Assembly: GCA_965205265.1 (NCBI GenBank)
Contig: CBDBGH010000003.1
Coordinates: 4,800,001-4,864,000 of the forward strand
DNA length: 64,000 nucleotides
DNA from: Alphaproteobacteria bacterium
GTDB taxonomy: Bacteria; Pseudomonadota; Alphaproteobacteria; Bin95
Reading direction: 5' to 3'
In this document: one piece after another, positions 51,323 to 60,845 of the stretch
How positions within the stretch are numbered: position 1 is the stretch's first letter
How the letters are laid out: every line of letters starts with the position of its first letter
The notes under the pieces: generated by a model
Databases searched by the model: none
Seen by the model: the letters and a program-made list of their open reading frames with translations, nothing else
What the model was told of the DNA's origin: nothing
Made by a program: the position numbers and the translations under genes

Positions 51323-51991
51323 ATGAGACATATCGCATGTCACGGAAGAGGTCTGGAGAGCCGGGTTTTGGCGGCCGAAACGGAAGACAGGGCCACCGAG
51401 GGCGCGACAGTGCGCAAACGCCGTCATCGCGAACGGATGATGGCCCGGGGTCTTGTTCCGGTCCAGATCTGGGTTCCGAAGGAAAGGCGGTCCCTGGTAA
51501 GGCGCCTCGGGCATCTGTTGCGCGAGGGGGCCGAAATCCCGTGGGCTGCCCTGAGTGACGTAAACCCCGAAGGAGAAACGGGAATGAAACTCGAACTGCT
51601 GAGCGAGAGCCTCCAGGATCACGTCTCGGAGGGCGGCTATCGCTTTCGCTGCGAAGCGAACGGCAAGGCGGAGGACGGCATTATCGTGACCGTCGAGGAT
51701 CGGGACGAGTTCCCGATCACGGTCACGGAGGACGGCGAGCACCTGCTCTGCCTCGTCCATCTGTGGCACAAGGACGAGGTCCCGGCGGAGAAGAGGCCGG
51801 GACTGGACGAGCGGCTCCTGACGCTCAATCCGAGCATGCCGCTTTCCGCGTTCGGGAGAGTCGGCGACGCCTATGTGATGTTCGGCTCCCTCGCGGCGGA
51901 ATCGAAGTTCAGCAACATCGTCAAGGAACTCGAAACCCTGAGCGAGAACTCGATCGAGGCGGTCGGCGCCGTCTCCGAGTATCTCGTCTGA
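51323..51991 (+). CDS. YjfI (DUF2170) family protein with N-terminal RHH-like extension; internal ATG at 51584
   Basis: RHRERMMARGLVPVQIWVP; EFPITVT..GEHLLC, MPLSAFG, YVMFGSL, ELETLSEN. Confidence 0.8.
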   Translation: MRHIACHGRGLESRVLAAETEDRATEGATVRKRRHRERMMARGLVPVQIWVPKERRSLVRRLGHLLREGAEIPWAALSDVNPEGETGMKLELLSESLQDHVSEGGYRFRCEANGKAEDGIIVTVEDRDEFPITVTEDGEHLLCLVHLWHKDEVPAEKRPGLDERLLTLNPSMPLSAFGRVGDAYVMFGSLAAESKFSNIVKELETLSENSIEAVGAVSEYLV

Positions 51992-52012
51992 CCGGAAGGA
52001 CGGACAGGAATC

Positions 52013-52729
52013 ATGAAAGGCATCATCTCGAAGCTCTTCACGGCCGCGCGCGGCGCGGCGACCGAAGTCGGCGAGGGAATCGTCGATGCGAACGCGGAGC
52101 GCATCCTGGACCAGGAGATGCGCGAGGCCACAGAGGAACTCGACCGGGCGAAAGGCAGTCTCGCGACCCTGATGGGTGAACGGACCGGCGTTGCCCGGCA
52201 GGTCGATGCGCTCAGGGCCAACATCGCCGAGTATGAGGAAACCGCGATGTCCGCCATGGACAAGGGCAATGACGGTCTGGCCACCAGGGTCGCCGACCGC
52301 ATCGGGGAACTCGAGCAGGACCTCTCGGCGAAGGAGGATGCCCTGCGCCAATACGACGAGTCGATCAGGAATACCAGGCAGGCCATCCGGACCAGCGAAA
52401 ACAGCCTCTCGACCCTGCGCCGGCAGGTGTCGGTCGTGAAGGCGACCGAGCGGGCGCAGCAGGTCAGCGCTTCGGTGGCGGCCCGGTATTCGGGGACCTC
52501 GTCCAAGATGGGATCGGCGAAGGAGTCGCTGAAGCGGATCCAGGAACGCCAGCAGAAACGCGCCGACACGATGGCGGCCGCAGAGCAGCTGGCGGACGAG
52601 GAAAGCGGCGGCGACCTCGACCGCGAGATCCGGGAGTTCGAGCGTAAAGGCGGCGGGCGAAGCGGGTCTGCCGTCCTCGACCGCCTTCGCGCGCGGAAGG
52701 CCGCAACGGAGACCGAAGGCGCCGAATGA
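52013..52729 (+). CDS. PspA/IM30 family protein (YjfJ-like)
   Basis: KLFTAARGAATEVGEGIVDANA.RILDQEMRE; coiled coil; SAKESLKRI; AVLDRL. Confidence 0.9.
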   Translation: MKGIISKLFTAARGAATEVGEGIVDANAERILDQEMREATEELDRAKGSLATLMGERTGVARQVDALRANIAEYEETAMSAMDKGNDGLATRVADRIGELEQDLSAKEDALRQYDESIRNTRQAIRTSENSLSTLRRQVSVVKATERAQQVSASVAARYSGTSSKMGSAKESLKRIQERQQKRADTMAAAEQLADEESGGDLDREIREFERKGGGRSGSAVLDRLRARKAATETEGAE

Positions 52730-52813
52730 CGGTCGGACAGGACGCGCCCGCACCGGGCGCGTCCTGTCTGGACTTCCGCTTTCTGTTCGAGCTGAAACGG
52801 CTGGAGTGCGGCA

Positions 52814-53788
52814 ATGGCCGAGCAGGCCGCGACTGTGGAGCCGAAAGCCTGGGAACTTCATCCGGGTGATTTCCTGCGGCTTGGTTTTTCCGCCCCGGAA
52901 GGACTGCGGGACACAAATCTCCAGGTTACCGGAATCCATGGCGTGGTTCTCGGAGAGGGCATTCCGGTTCGACGCGTGGTTGAGCTGGACTCGGGCACCG
53001 TCCTGGGCTTCGAACGTTTTCTGTGGCGCGAGGCGGATGATCGATTTGCCGTTGCGCGGCAGGTGACCAGAGAGGAAGTCAGCGGCCTGTTCGGCCCGAA
53101 GCGGGCCGAACAACTGTATTCCGGCGCCCGGGACGGCGGCGACGCCGGGCCGCAGGGGATCCGGCGCAGGAAAGTGCTGGATGGCTTCGGCGGATGGACC
53201 GGGCCCTGCTACTGGCCGGACATGGAGATACAGGGGTGGCGCTTGGGCGCGGACCCGGACCGCGAGGATCTGCGGCAGGCTGTCGAGACGCTGCGTATGT
53301 CCGGCGAGACGCGCCGGAACCGGCGCCCGCAAGCGGTGTCGTTCGGTTTCCGGCGGCTGCTGTCGGGCGATGGCGCTCGTGCCCTGGAGGTTTATCTGCA
53401 TGAGGGCGGCCGGACGGAAATGTGCGTCGTTTCCTTTCTGCATCCGCGTCATATCGAGGAAATCGTCAGGCGGGAGCCCGTCGCGGCGCCGAAGTCGGAG
53501 AATCCGGGCCCTCATGGAAACATCCACGCCGGACAGAGGTCGTCCGCGTCGACATACAGCCGCCCGCCGGTGATGGACCGCGGCCGTTTCACCCTGATGG
53601 AGGTGCTTCTGGCACTCGGCATTGTCGGACTGATCGTCGGCGGCGGTATTTTGCTGTATTCGGCGGCGAAGGAGCGGCATGAGGCCCGACTGATCGAAAG
53701 GGAGAGGGAACGGGCCGGGCAGATCGCGCTCCCGCCTCCGCCGTCGATCAAGTCCTCTCCTCTGCACCTGGTGCCGAGCGGAGATTGA
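52814..53788 (+). CDS. YjfK/DUF2491/DUF4178-like protein with a C-terminal pilin-like segment
   Basis: Follows PspA; RLLSGDGARALEVYLHEGGRTE; tail GRFTLMEVLLALGIVGLI. Confidence 0.55.
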   Translation: MAEQAATVEPKAWELHPGDFLRLGFSAPEGLRDTNLQVTGIHGVVLGEGIPVRRVVELDSGTVLGFERFLWREADDRFAVARQVTREEVSGLFGPKRAEQLYSGARDGGDAGPQGIRRRKVLDGFGGWTGPCYWPDMEIQGWRLGADPDREDLRQAVETLRMSGETRRNRRPQAVSFGFRRLLSGDGARALEVYLHEGGRTEMCVVSFLHPRHIEEIVRREPVAAPKSENPGPHGNIHAGQRSSASTYSRPPVMDRGRFTLMEVLLALGIVGLIVGGGILLYSAAKERHEARLIERERERAGQIALPPPPSIKSSPLHLVPSGD

Positions 53789-54456
53789 GCGCCGAAGCGC
53801 TGAATGAGGAGCGGAAGGGGTTTCGAATGTTGAGACGGTTTTTCGGCAAAGGACGCGACGAAAGACCCCGTCGTTCGCCCGCGGAACATGCCTGGGAAAT
53901 CGGCGTGGGCGGCTTCATGAAATTCGGGCTCTTGGCGCCACCCGAGGGTCTTGCCGAGGCGGACGTCGTTGTGAAGGCCGTGCATGCCCTGCATTTGGAT
54001 GAGGGCCATATTCGCCGGGTTCTCGAGGCGGAGGTCGTGGGCCTGGGTCCGCTGGCGATATGGAAGGGCGATGGCGGGCGGTTGGCCGTTGCCCGGCCGG
54101 CGCTGGTCACGGTGATGGAGCAGGCTTTCGGCAGGAAGAAGCTCAGGAAGCTCGTCGAGGGTGACGGTTTTTCCCTGGCCGCGAAGAGGACTCCGCCCGG
54201 ATTCGGCGGCTGGTTGTCGGGGAAGACCTACCGGCAGGAGGCCGCCCGCGAGGCGTACCGTCACGAGTGCGACCCGGAAGAGACGGAGATCGGAAGCGGC
54301 CTGGAAGGCGCGACGGCATTCGACTTCTACCGCCTTGTATCGGACGAACGAAGCCATGCGGTGGAGATCCAGGTCCATGACGGCGGGCGGACGGAAGCAA
54401 GGCTTGTGGCGCTGCTCGAGGAGCGGCATGTAGAGGAATTCCTGCCCGGAAGCTGA
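53785..54456 (+). CDS. YjfK/DUF2491/DUF4178-like protein, paralog of 52814
   Basis: AWE...G.F..G..APEGL; YRLVSDERSHAVEIQVHDGGRTE. Confidence 0.6.
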   Translation: MSAEALNEERKGFRMLRRFFGKGRDERPRRSPAEHAWEIGVGGFMKFGLLAPPEGLAEADVVVKAVHALHLDEGHIRRVLEAEVVGLGPLAIWKGDGGRLAVARPALVTVMEQAFGRKKLRKLVEGDGFSLAAKRTPPGFGGWLSGKTYRQEAAREAYRHECDPEETEIGSGLEGATAFDFYRLVSDERSHAVEIQVHDGGRTEARLVALLEERHVEEFLPGS

Positions 54457-54690
54457 GGGCGGACAGAGGAAGGGTGAGGCGATATGGTCGGAAGTGCAGG
54501 TAGGCCGGGCAGGCATCCAGTCGTCCCGGGCTGGCCGTCCGATGGCGGCCGTATTGTGCCGCGGGACATCGTTGACGATCTGCGGGGAGACAGAAGGCCC
54601 CGGCCGTCGCCGGAGGAGGCCGCGGAAGAGGCGGCCGCCCGGATAATCCAGGCGGTCCGGGAAGGCGCGGATCGGTAACGGCGTTTCTGC

Positions 54691-54780
54691 GGGCAGGTGG
54701 CAGAGCGGTCGAATGCACCGGCCCGGAAAGCCGGCGTGGGCTGAGGTCCACCGAGGGTTCGAATCCCTCCCTGCCCGCCA
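54691..54780 (+). tRNA. tRNA-Ser(GGA) with atypical C33
   Basis: Acceptor GGGCAGG/CCTGCCC-G-CCA; anticodon arm CCGGC-CCGGAAA-GCCGG; long variable arm; GGTTCGAATCC. Confidence 0.92.
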
Positions 54781-54821
54781 GGAAACGCCATTTTCGCATC
54801 GGCATCGTGCGGCCAGTCCGT

Positions 54822-55535
54822 TTACGGCTGCGGGGTCTCGTCTGTCCCCGCTTCGGCCTCCCGGCGCGCTTCGTCGATCAGAATGCCGAGTTCGTCGCCC
54901 CGGGCGCGGTAGGCGAGTTCGACGGCGTCGCGGATGAACTCCGGCGTGCAGAGTGGCAGGACGGCGGAGGCGTCCCGGCGCGTTTCGGGTCCGTCGGAGT
55001 GCTGGAGGTCGAGGATCTCGGCGTGGAGCGTCCTGTCCCGGCCGACGTCGAGACGCCACATCTCGGTTGCGCCGATCTCGCGGTAGATGATCGGCTTGTC
55101 CGGGTTGTCGCTGTTTCTCTCGACCTCGATAACAAGGTCGGGCGGGGTTGCGGCCTCGAAGGCGTCCTGCGCTTCGGGTCCGTCGTCGCAGGCGCGGGTC
55201 CAAGCGTCGGCGCTGGGCCCGATCCAGAAGCAGGCGTCGGGCTCGCTGCCGGAGTTCGGGGGATCGTCGGGCCGACGCTTCCAGCGCGTCGCGCCACGCG
55301 CAGCATACCGGATACCGAAGGCGTCGCCGATCTTGCCGACGGCGATATTCGTGCCGTGGGCGTAGCCTTCATGAAGGCCCGAGGGGGACATGAGTTCGAT
55401 AAGCCCGGTGACAGGATCGACAAGGACGCGCCTTGCGATGGTGTTCCAGTCGATGCCGGCCATGAACGGGATTTCCGAGGGCGGGACCCGGAGGGTGCGG
55501 AAAACAGACCCCATGCTGCCGGTCGTGACGTCCAT
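54822..55535 (-). CDS. Uma2 (DUF820) family putative endonuclease
   Basis: LIELMSPS.LHE, EPDACFWI, PPDLVIEVE, IYREIGATEMWR. Confidence 0.88.
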   Translation of the reverse strand: MDVTTGSMGSVFRTLRVPPSEIPFMAGIDWNTIARRVLVDPVTGLIELMSPSGLHEGYAHGTNIAVGKIGDAFGIRYAARGATRWKRRPDDPPNSGSEPDACFWIGPSADAWTRACDDGPEAQDAFEAATPPDLVIEVERNSDNPDKPIIYREIGATEMWRLDVGRDRTLHAEILDLQHSDGPETRRDASAVLPLCTPEFIRDAVELAYRARGDELGILIDEARREAEAGTDETPQP

Positions 55536-55743
55536 GGCGTGTCTCCCCAGCGATGAGCAGGTGCATTGTAGCACGGCGGGCCGGCGGCGGGATCGCGGGC
55601 ATGATGCAGCGCTTCCGCATGACGACAGCGGGACAGTCGAGAGCCTGAGCGATGCGGTAGAAGCGGGACGACATCGCAGATCCCGTTCGGCTGGACACAA
55701 GCCGGTGAGTGACACAGTTTATGGAGAAGGATATGAACACGTT

Positions 55744-57080
55744 GGGGCTTACAAAGGTAAGTTGACATTGCCGTGTATCGTATCCAGTTCGGCCGCATGA
55801 GCGAGGTCTTCACGCACCGTCAGGTGGTATTCCGGCTTCTGCCGGGCCGCCGGTCCGTTTGGCGGCGTCTGGAGCGGGTTCTGGAGGCGCAGCGGCAGTT
55901 GTACAACGCCGCCCTTCAGGAACGCTGCGACGCCTGGCGTCTGGCCGGGCGGTCGCTCTCCTATATCGACCAGGCGAAGAGCCTGACGGTGTGCCGCCGG
56001 GAGGACCCCGAGATGGCGGCCGTTCCGGTCGCCGTGCAGCGCGGGACGCTGAAGCGCCTGGACGAGGCGATGAAGGGCTTCTTCCGGCGGGTGAAGGCGG
56101 GCCAGAAGCCGGGTTTTCCCCGGTTCCGGTCCCGCCGGCGGTTCGACAGCCTCTCCTTCGTCTCGGGGGTGAGGCTGGAGGACCGGGCCCGGCCCGGCGC
56201 GGACTGCGGGTCCGGCGCGGCCTGCCTGCGCCTTCCGGGTTTCGGCCCGCTTGCGGTCCGCCGGCGGGGCGGCAACCCGCATGGGGATGGCGAGCCGGTC
56301 TCGGCGGTGCTGAAGCGCGAGGCCGGCAAGTGGTACGCCGTGGTCTGCTACCGGGTCCCGGCGCCGGCGGTCCACGAGGATGACGACAGCGTCATCGGGG
56401 TGGACATGAACGCTGGCCAGGTGGCGGCGAGCGGTCCGGGGCCGGAAGCCCGCCTGTTCCATGCCCCGGATACGCGGCGGCTGGAGGCGAGGGCGAAGCG
56501 CCTTGCCCGGCGTCTGGCGCGCCAGAAGCGCGGCTCCGGGCGCCGGGAGCGCACCCGCGCCCGTCTGGCGAAGACGAGGCGGCGCCTTTCCGGGATGCGG
56601 TGCGACTGGCGCCACCATGTCTCGCGGACAGTCGCCGACGCCGCCCATACCGTCGCCGTCGAGGACCTCCGGGTCCGGAACATGACGCGCAGCGCCCGGG
56701 GCACGACAGAGGAGCCGGGCGCCCGGGTCCGGCAGAAGGCCGGGCTCAACCGCGTCATCCTGGCCACGGGATGGGCGGAACTGCGCTTCATGTTCGGCTA
56801 CAAGGCGGGACGGCTGCTCGCGGTCGACCCGGCCCATACCAGCCGGACCTGCGCCGCCTGCGGCCATGTCGATGCCGGCTCGCGGCGTTCGCGGGCCGAA
56901 TTCCAGTGCACGGCCTGCGGCCATGCGGACCATGCCGACGCGAATGCCGGCAGCAACATCCGGCGTCGGGGACTGGCGCTGCTGCACGGGGAGGGGCGTT
57001 CCGGCTTGCGGACCCCTGCGATCCGTGAAAACGCAGGGATGCTGGCGGCATGACGCCGTCAACTCATCTTTGTAAGGCCC
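55744..57080 (+). mobile_element. TnpB-only element bounded by 23-bp imperfect terminal inverted repeats
   Basis: Left GGGGCTTACAAAGGTAAGTTGAC; right GTCAACTCATCTTTGTAAGGCCC; the same left end recurs at 49555. Confidence 0.8.
55797..57053 (+). CDS. tnpB: RNA-guided endonuclease TnpB
   Basis: LYNAAL, KPGFPRF, RuvC IGVDMN / VAVEDL / HADANA, TSRTCAACG..FQCTACG Zn finger. Confidence 0.95.
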   Translation: MSEVFTHRQVVFRLLPGRRSVWRRLERVLEAQRQLYNAALQERCDAWRLAGRSLSYIDQAKSLTVCRREDPEMAAVPVAVQRGTLKRLDEAMKGFFRRVKAGQKPGFPRFRSRRRFDSLSFVSGVRLEDRARPGADCGSGAACLRLPGFGPLAVRRRGGNPHGDGEPVSAVLKREAGKWYAVVCYRVPAPAVHEDDDSVIGVDMNAGQVAASGPGPEARLFHAPDTRRLEARAKRLARRLARQKRGSGRRERTRARLAKTRRRLSGMRCDWRHHVSRTVADAAHTVAVEDLRVRNMTRSARGTTEEPGARVRQKAGLNRVILATGWAELRFMFGYKAGRLLAVDPAHTSRTCAACGHVDAGSRRSRAEFQCTACGHADHADANAGSNIRRRGLALLHGEGRSGLRTPAIRENAGMLAA

Positions 57081-57508
57081 AATGCGTACGACGGATCGAG
57101 GACGCTGGCAGCACCGTCGACAGCATTCGTGCCATCTGCCGGGATGCCCTTGCCGGCTGGGACGACAGGACCGCCATACGTCACTGACACCCGCGAAAGG
57201 ACAACCCATGCCGACCTGGCGCTGCATCGCCTCCTACGCGATCTACTACATCGCCTGCGCTCTCGAGCCGGTCTTTCTTTCCCCGCCGGTCCTCATGATC
57301 GGCGGCTACCGGGCCTGGAACGCCCTGATGGGCTGGTCAGCCGATATGCAGGGACCGAACGACGCCCCGGGCCCCTGGGGGGTGCCCGATACCGAAACTC
57401 CGCAAGGAGACCCGTGTTGATCCCCGCAACAACCATATTATGGCTTTACTACGGTGGCCTGAACGGCGCCCTGCTGTACCTGGCCTGGGTGAAGAAGGAC
57501 CCCGGCGC

Positions 57509-58159
57509 ATGACAAATGCCTCCGAGCACGCCCCACATCTCCCGCTGCTGGCTCCCCACCCCGACAGCCCGGACGGCCCCGAGGCCTTGCATCTCATCGA
57601 CAGGCGGACCGGCAAGACCGTCATCCGCTGCACCGATGCCGCTATCCGCGACTGGCTCCTCGAGGCGCCGTCCCTCCTGGCCCGTCTGCATGCACATAAC
57701 CGCATTCTGACCGAGGCGCTCCGCGGCGCCGAGCAGCTGCTGGAACTATACGGCCGCAGCCCCGGCGGTGACCGCGCCCAGGGGACACAAACTGCCGCCG
57801 CCGATCCGGCCAACTCCGGAAACCTCTTGCAGACGCTCAGGGCTGCGAGCCTGCCCTTCCAGGTCGTCTCGCTGGAAGAACCCGATCTGGTCGCCGACGG
57901 CCGCTGGTTCGCCTGTTCGGACGGCCGTTTCGAGGTCACGGTGATGTCCGCCACCGATGTCGGCGTAGCCGCCCGGACAATGCGCAAGATGCTCGCCTCC
58001 GACAGGCTCGCCCAAGCTCTCCGGGAGGCGGAAACGGCCTTCATGGTCGATCTCGACCGCGACGTGCCGTTCCCCGACGAAAAACAATTCGCGGTCGCAG
58101 ACACCGTCCATGCCCTGCTCGCCGAATACGAGCAGCAGACCGGCGCCCAGCAGCCATGA
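57509..58159 (+). CDS. Hypothetical protein
   Basis: ATGA overlap with dgt. Confidence 0.55.
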   Translation: MTNASEHAPHLPLLAPHPDSPDGPEALHLIDRRTGKTVIRCTDAAIRDWLLEAPSLLARLHAHNRILTEALRGAEQLLELYGRSPGGDRAQGTQTAAADPANSGNLLQTLRAASLPFQVVSLEEPDLVADGRWFACSDGRFEVTVMSATDVGVAARTMRKMLASDRLAQALREAETAFMVDLDRDVPFPDEKQFAVADTVHALLAEYEQQTGAQQP

Positions 58160-59319
58160 ACGCTCCGCTCGCGCCCTATGCCTCCCTGCCCCCCGACAGC
58201 CGGGGGCGACGCTGGCCGGAGCCTGAAGCCGGCGACCGCTCCCCGTTCCAGCGCGACCGCGACCGCATCCTCCATTCCGCCGCCTTCCGACGGCTCCAGT
58301 ACAAGACCCAGGTCTTCATATGCGTCGAGGGCGATCACTACCGCAGCCGTCTGACGCATTCGCTTGAGGTCGGCCAGATCGCGCGCGGCATCTGCCGGAG
58401 CCTTTCGCTCGATGAAACGCTGGCGGAAACCCTGGCGCTCGCGCACGACCTCGGACATACCCCCTTCGGCCATGCCGGCGAAAGGGCGCTCAATGCCGCG
58501 CTCGGAGGCTTCGGAGGCTTCGATCACAATGTGCAGACCCTGCGCATTGTCACCCGGCTGGAAGCCCGCTACGCCGCCTTCAACGGCCTCAACCTGACCT
58601 GGGAGACGCTGGAAGGACTTGCCAAACACAACGGGCCGTTCGCACCCGGTGCCGTTCCCGCACCCGTTGCGAACCTGGACCGGGAAATGGAACTCCGGCT
58701 TGAGGAGTGGCCGGGCCTGGAAGCGCAAGCGGCGGCGCTGGCCGACGACATCGCCTACAACAACCACGATATCGACGATGGCGTGCGCGCCGGCCTGATA
58801 GGCCTCGACGACCTGCGCGAGCTGCCGCTCTTCGGCCCGGCGCTGGGCGAAGTCGAGGCGTGCTACGGACCATTGCCGCCGGCGCGCCTTATCCACGAAA
58901 CCGTGCGCCGGGGCGTGCGGGCCATGGTGGCGGACGCGGTTGACGAAACCAGACGGCGGCTCGCCGAAGAGCGCCCGAACACCGCCGACGATGTGCGCCG
59001 GGCAGGCCGGCCGCTGGTCGCCTTCTCCGACGCCATGGCGAACACGGAACACGCGATCAAGACCTTCCTGCACAAGCATCTCTACCGCCATCCGAGCGTG
59101 GAGGCGGAAGCCGGTCCGGCGCGTGGCGCGGTCACGGACCTGTTCGCAACGCTCTCCGGCCGCCCCTCGGCACTGCCCCCGGCGTGGCGGGGCTGCACGG
59201 ACGGCGCCAATACCTGCCGGACCGCGCGCGTCGTCGCGGACTATATCGCCGGCATGACCGACCGATACGCCTTCCGCGAGCATGCCCGCCTGTGCAATGG
59301 AGATCCTCGACAACGATGA
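58156..59319 (+). CDS. dgt: Deoxyguanosinetriphosphate triphosphohydrolase (HD domain)
   Basis: FQRDRDRILHSAAFRRLQYKTQVF, RLTHSLEV, AHDLGHTPFGHAGE, ADDIAYNNHD, VADYIAGMTDRYA. Confidence 0.95.
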   Translation: MNAPLAPYASLPPDSRGRRWPEPEAGDRSPFQRDRDRILHSAAFRRLQYKTQVFICVEGDHYRSRLTHSLEVGQIARGICRSLSLDETLAETLALAHDLGHTPFGHAGERALNAALGGFGGFDHNVQTLRIVTRLEARYAAFNGLNLTWETLEGLAKHNGPFAPGAVPAPVANLDREMELRLEEWPGLEAQAAALADDIAYNNHDIDDGVRAGLIGLDDLRELPLFGPALGEVEACYGPLPPARLIHETVRRGVRAMVADAVDETRRRLAEERPNTADDVRRAGRPLVAFSDAMANTEHAIKTFLHKHLYRHPSVEAEAGPARGAVTDLFATLSGRPSALPPAWRGCTDGANTCRTARVVADYIAGMTDRYAFREHARLCNGDPRQR

Positions 59320-59383
59320 ATGTCCGGATGTGCGCCGGACGGAAGCCGATACAGGTCCCAGGACAGGCACGAGGAAAAATGAG

Positions 59384-60657
59384 GTGAAGTTTCAAATTCA
59401 GCCATTCATGCTCGCACTCGGTGCAGTCGTCGGGCATTGGGGCGGCACGCACGGCGTCGCAATATGCCTTTTCGTCTGGATTTTCCTTTCAGCGCTTCTT
59501 CTGGCGCGCCGCTGGCGCTGGTTCTGAAGGATGGTCACTCAAGTGGAACCCAGGTTCCCCCACATGGCAGGCCCGCCGGACCGCCTCTACGCCCATCCGA
59601 CAAAGGCAGGGGCCGGCACCGTGGTCTGGCACTATAACGACCGCCCGAGCGAAGGGGCGGTCGCCTTCATCCCCGAAACCCATTATCTGAAGGTCGCCCA
59701 AGCCGCCCGTGAGGCCCTCTCGCTCATGGAACAATGCACCTGGAGCCCCACAGTGTCCGGAACGCGCCAGAAGGCTCTGCATGCTCGCCTGAAGGCTCTT
59801 TCCGCCGATCTGGACACCCCCGCATGACGACCCCCGTCTGCACACCAACGGGAAAAACCGTCCACAAGAAGCGGATCGACGATGGCCGGTAAATCGATCA
59901 GGGGGACATGTCTGGGATGACACGCGAATTGAGAGCCTTCGGAACCCATGTGCTCCTGTTCCAGTTCCTCTGTCTGGCCGGGATGCTCCTGGCGCTTGTC
60001 GCGTTCCTTGCGCCGCAGGAGCTGACCGAACAGTTCCTCATGTGGGTGGCCGTCCTCCTCTGCGCCGAAGCCGCCATCCGCCTGCTCGGCCGCATTGAGC
60101 GGAAATGGCCGCGTCGCGCACCCGACGGCATCGACGAATGAATCCCGCCGAGTGGATTACCCTTTTCATCGGGATCCCGGTCATAACCGCGGCCTCGCTC
60201 GGCGCCGGACTGCTGTTCTACGCTTCCGTGCGCCCCTGGCTGACGAACCCCCCTCTCCCGGTTCCGGCCCCCTGGATCAAGGCGGGAGCCGTTGCCAGCG
60301 CCGTTGCTTTTGCCGGGCTGTGCCTTGCCATTGGCCTGGACATCTGGCCGCGGCCCTGATTCCGGAATCGCCCTTTCTCCTTTCGGACACGCAACCAGCA
60401 GAGCCATGAGACACGACAGGATCGACCGCACCTGGCAGCAACAGGCGCGAACCCGCAGCCGCCGGTCTGCGGGTGAATCCGAGTTCATTCAGCCGCCGGA
60501 CGGCGCGCAGGTCCGCTGCGCCGCCTGCAACCGCGTGGTTCCGATCGAACAGGCGGACATGACCCGCCACACAGCGAGCAGCCGACGGTCACTGCGCAGC
60601 CCGACATCGGCATGGATTTGCCGCTTCTGCCAGCCGCCGCGAAAGCAACCGCTATAG
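59384..60657 (+). CDS. Cluster of small hypothetical ORFs (59384-59527, 59531-59827, 59908-60141, 60138-60359, ~60405-60657)
   Basis: Tightly spaced; several hydrophobic; last has two CxxC. Confidence 0.45.
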
Positions 60658-60845
60658 TCCTCCGGAACCCACTGCCTGCTGCGCCGCCAGTGGCTGCGCT
60701 ACGCGATGCTTTACGAACGCAGGCGCAGGCGCGTAAACGGGGACGACCGTGAATGACTGTCGATTGCGCCAAGAGTTGACACCCATGGCACAAGCCTTCC
60801 ACGCCGCTACTCGGAGTGTCCTGGAAGAGGGATGCCCTCGAATAC

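Noticed and set aside
54691-54780. tRNA-Ser as an integration site
   Set aside because: No integrase and no duplicated tRNA 3' end were found in the window.
51068-59370. Long minus-strand ORFs (899, 563, 492 and 677 aa)
   Set aside because: They are antisense shadows of recognisable GC-rich plus-strand genes and have no motifs of their own.
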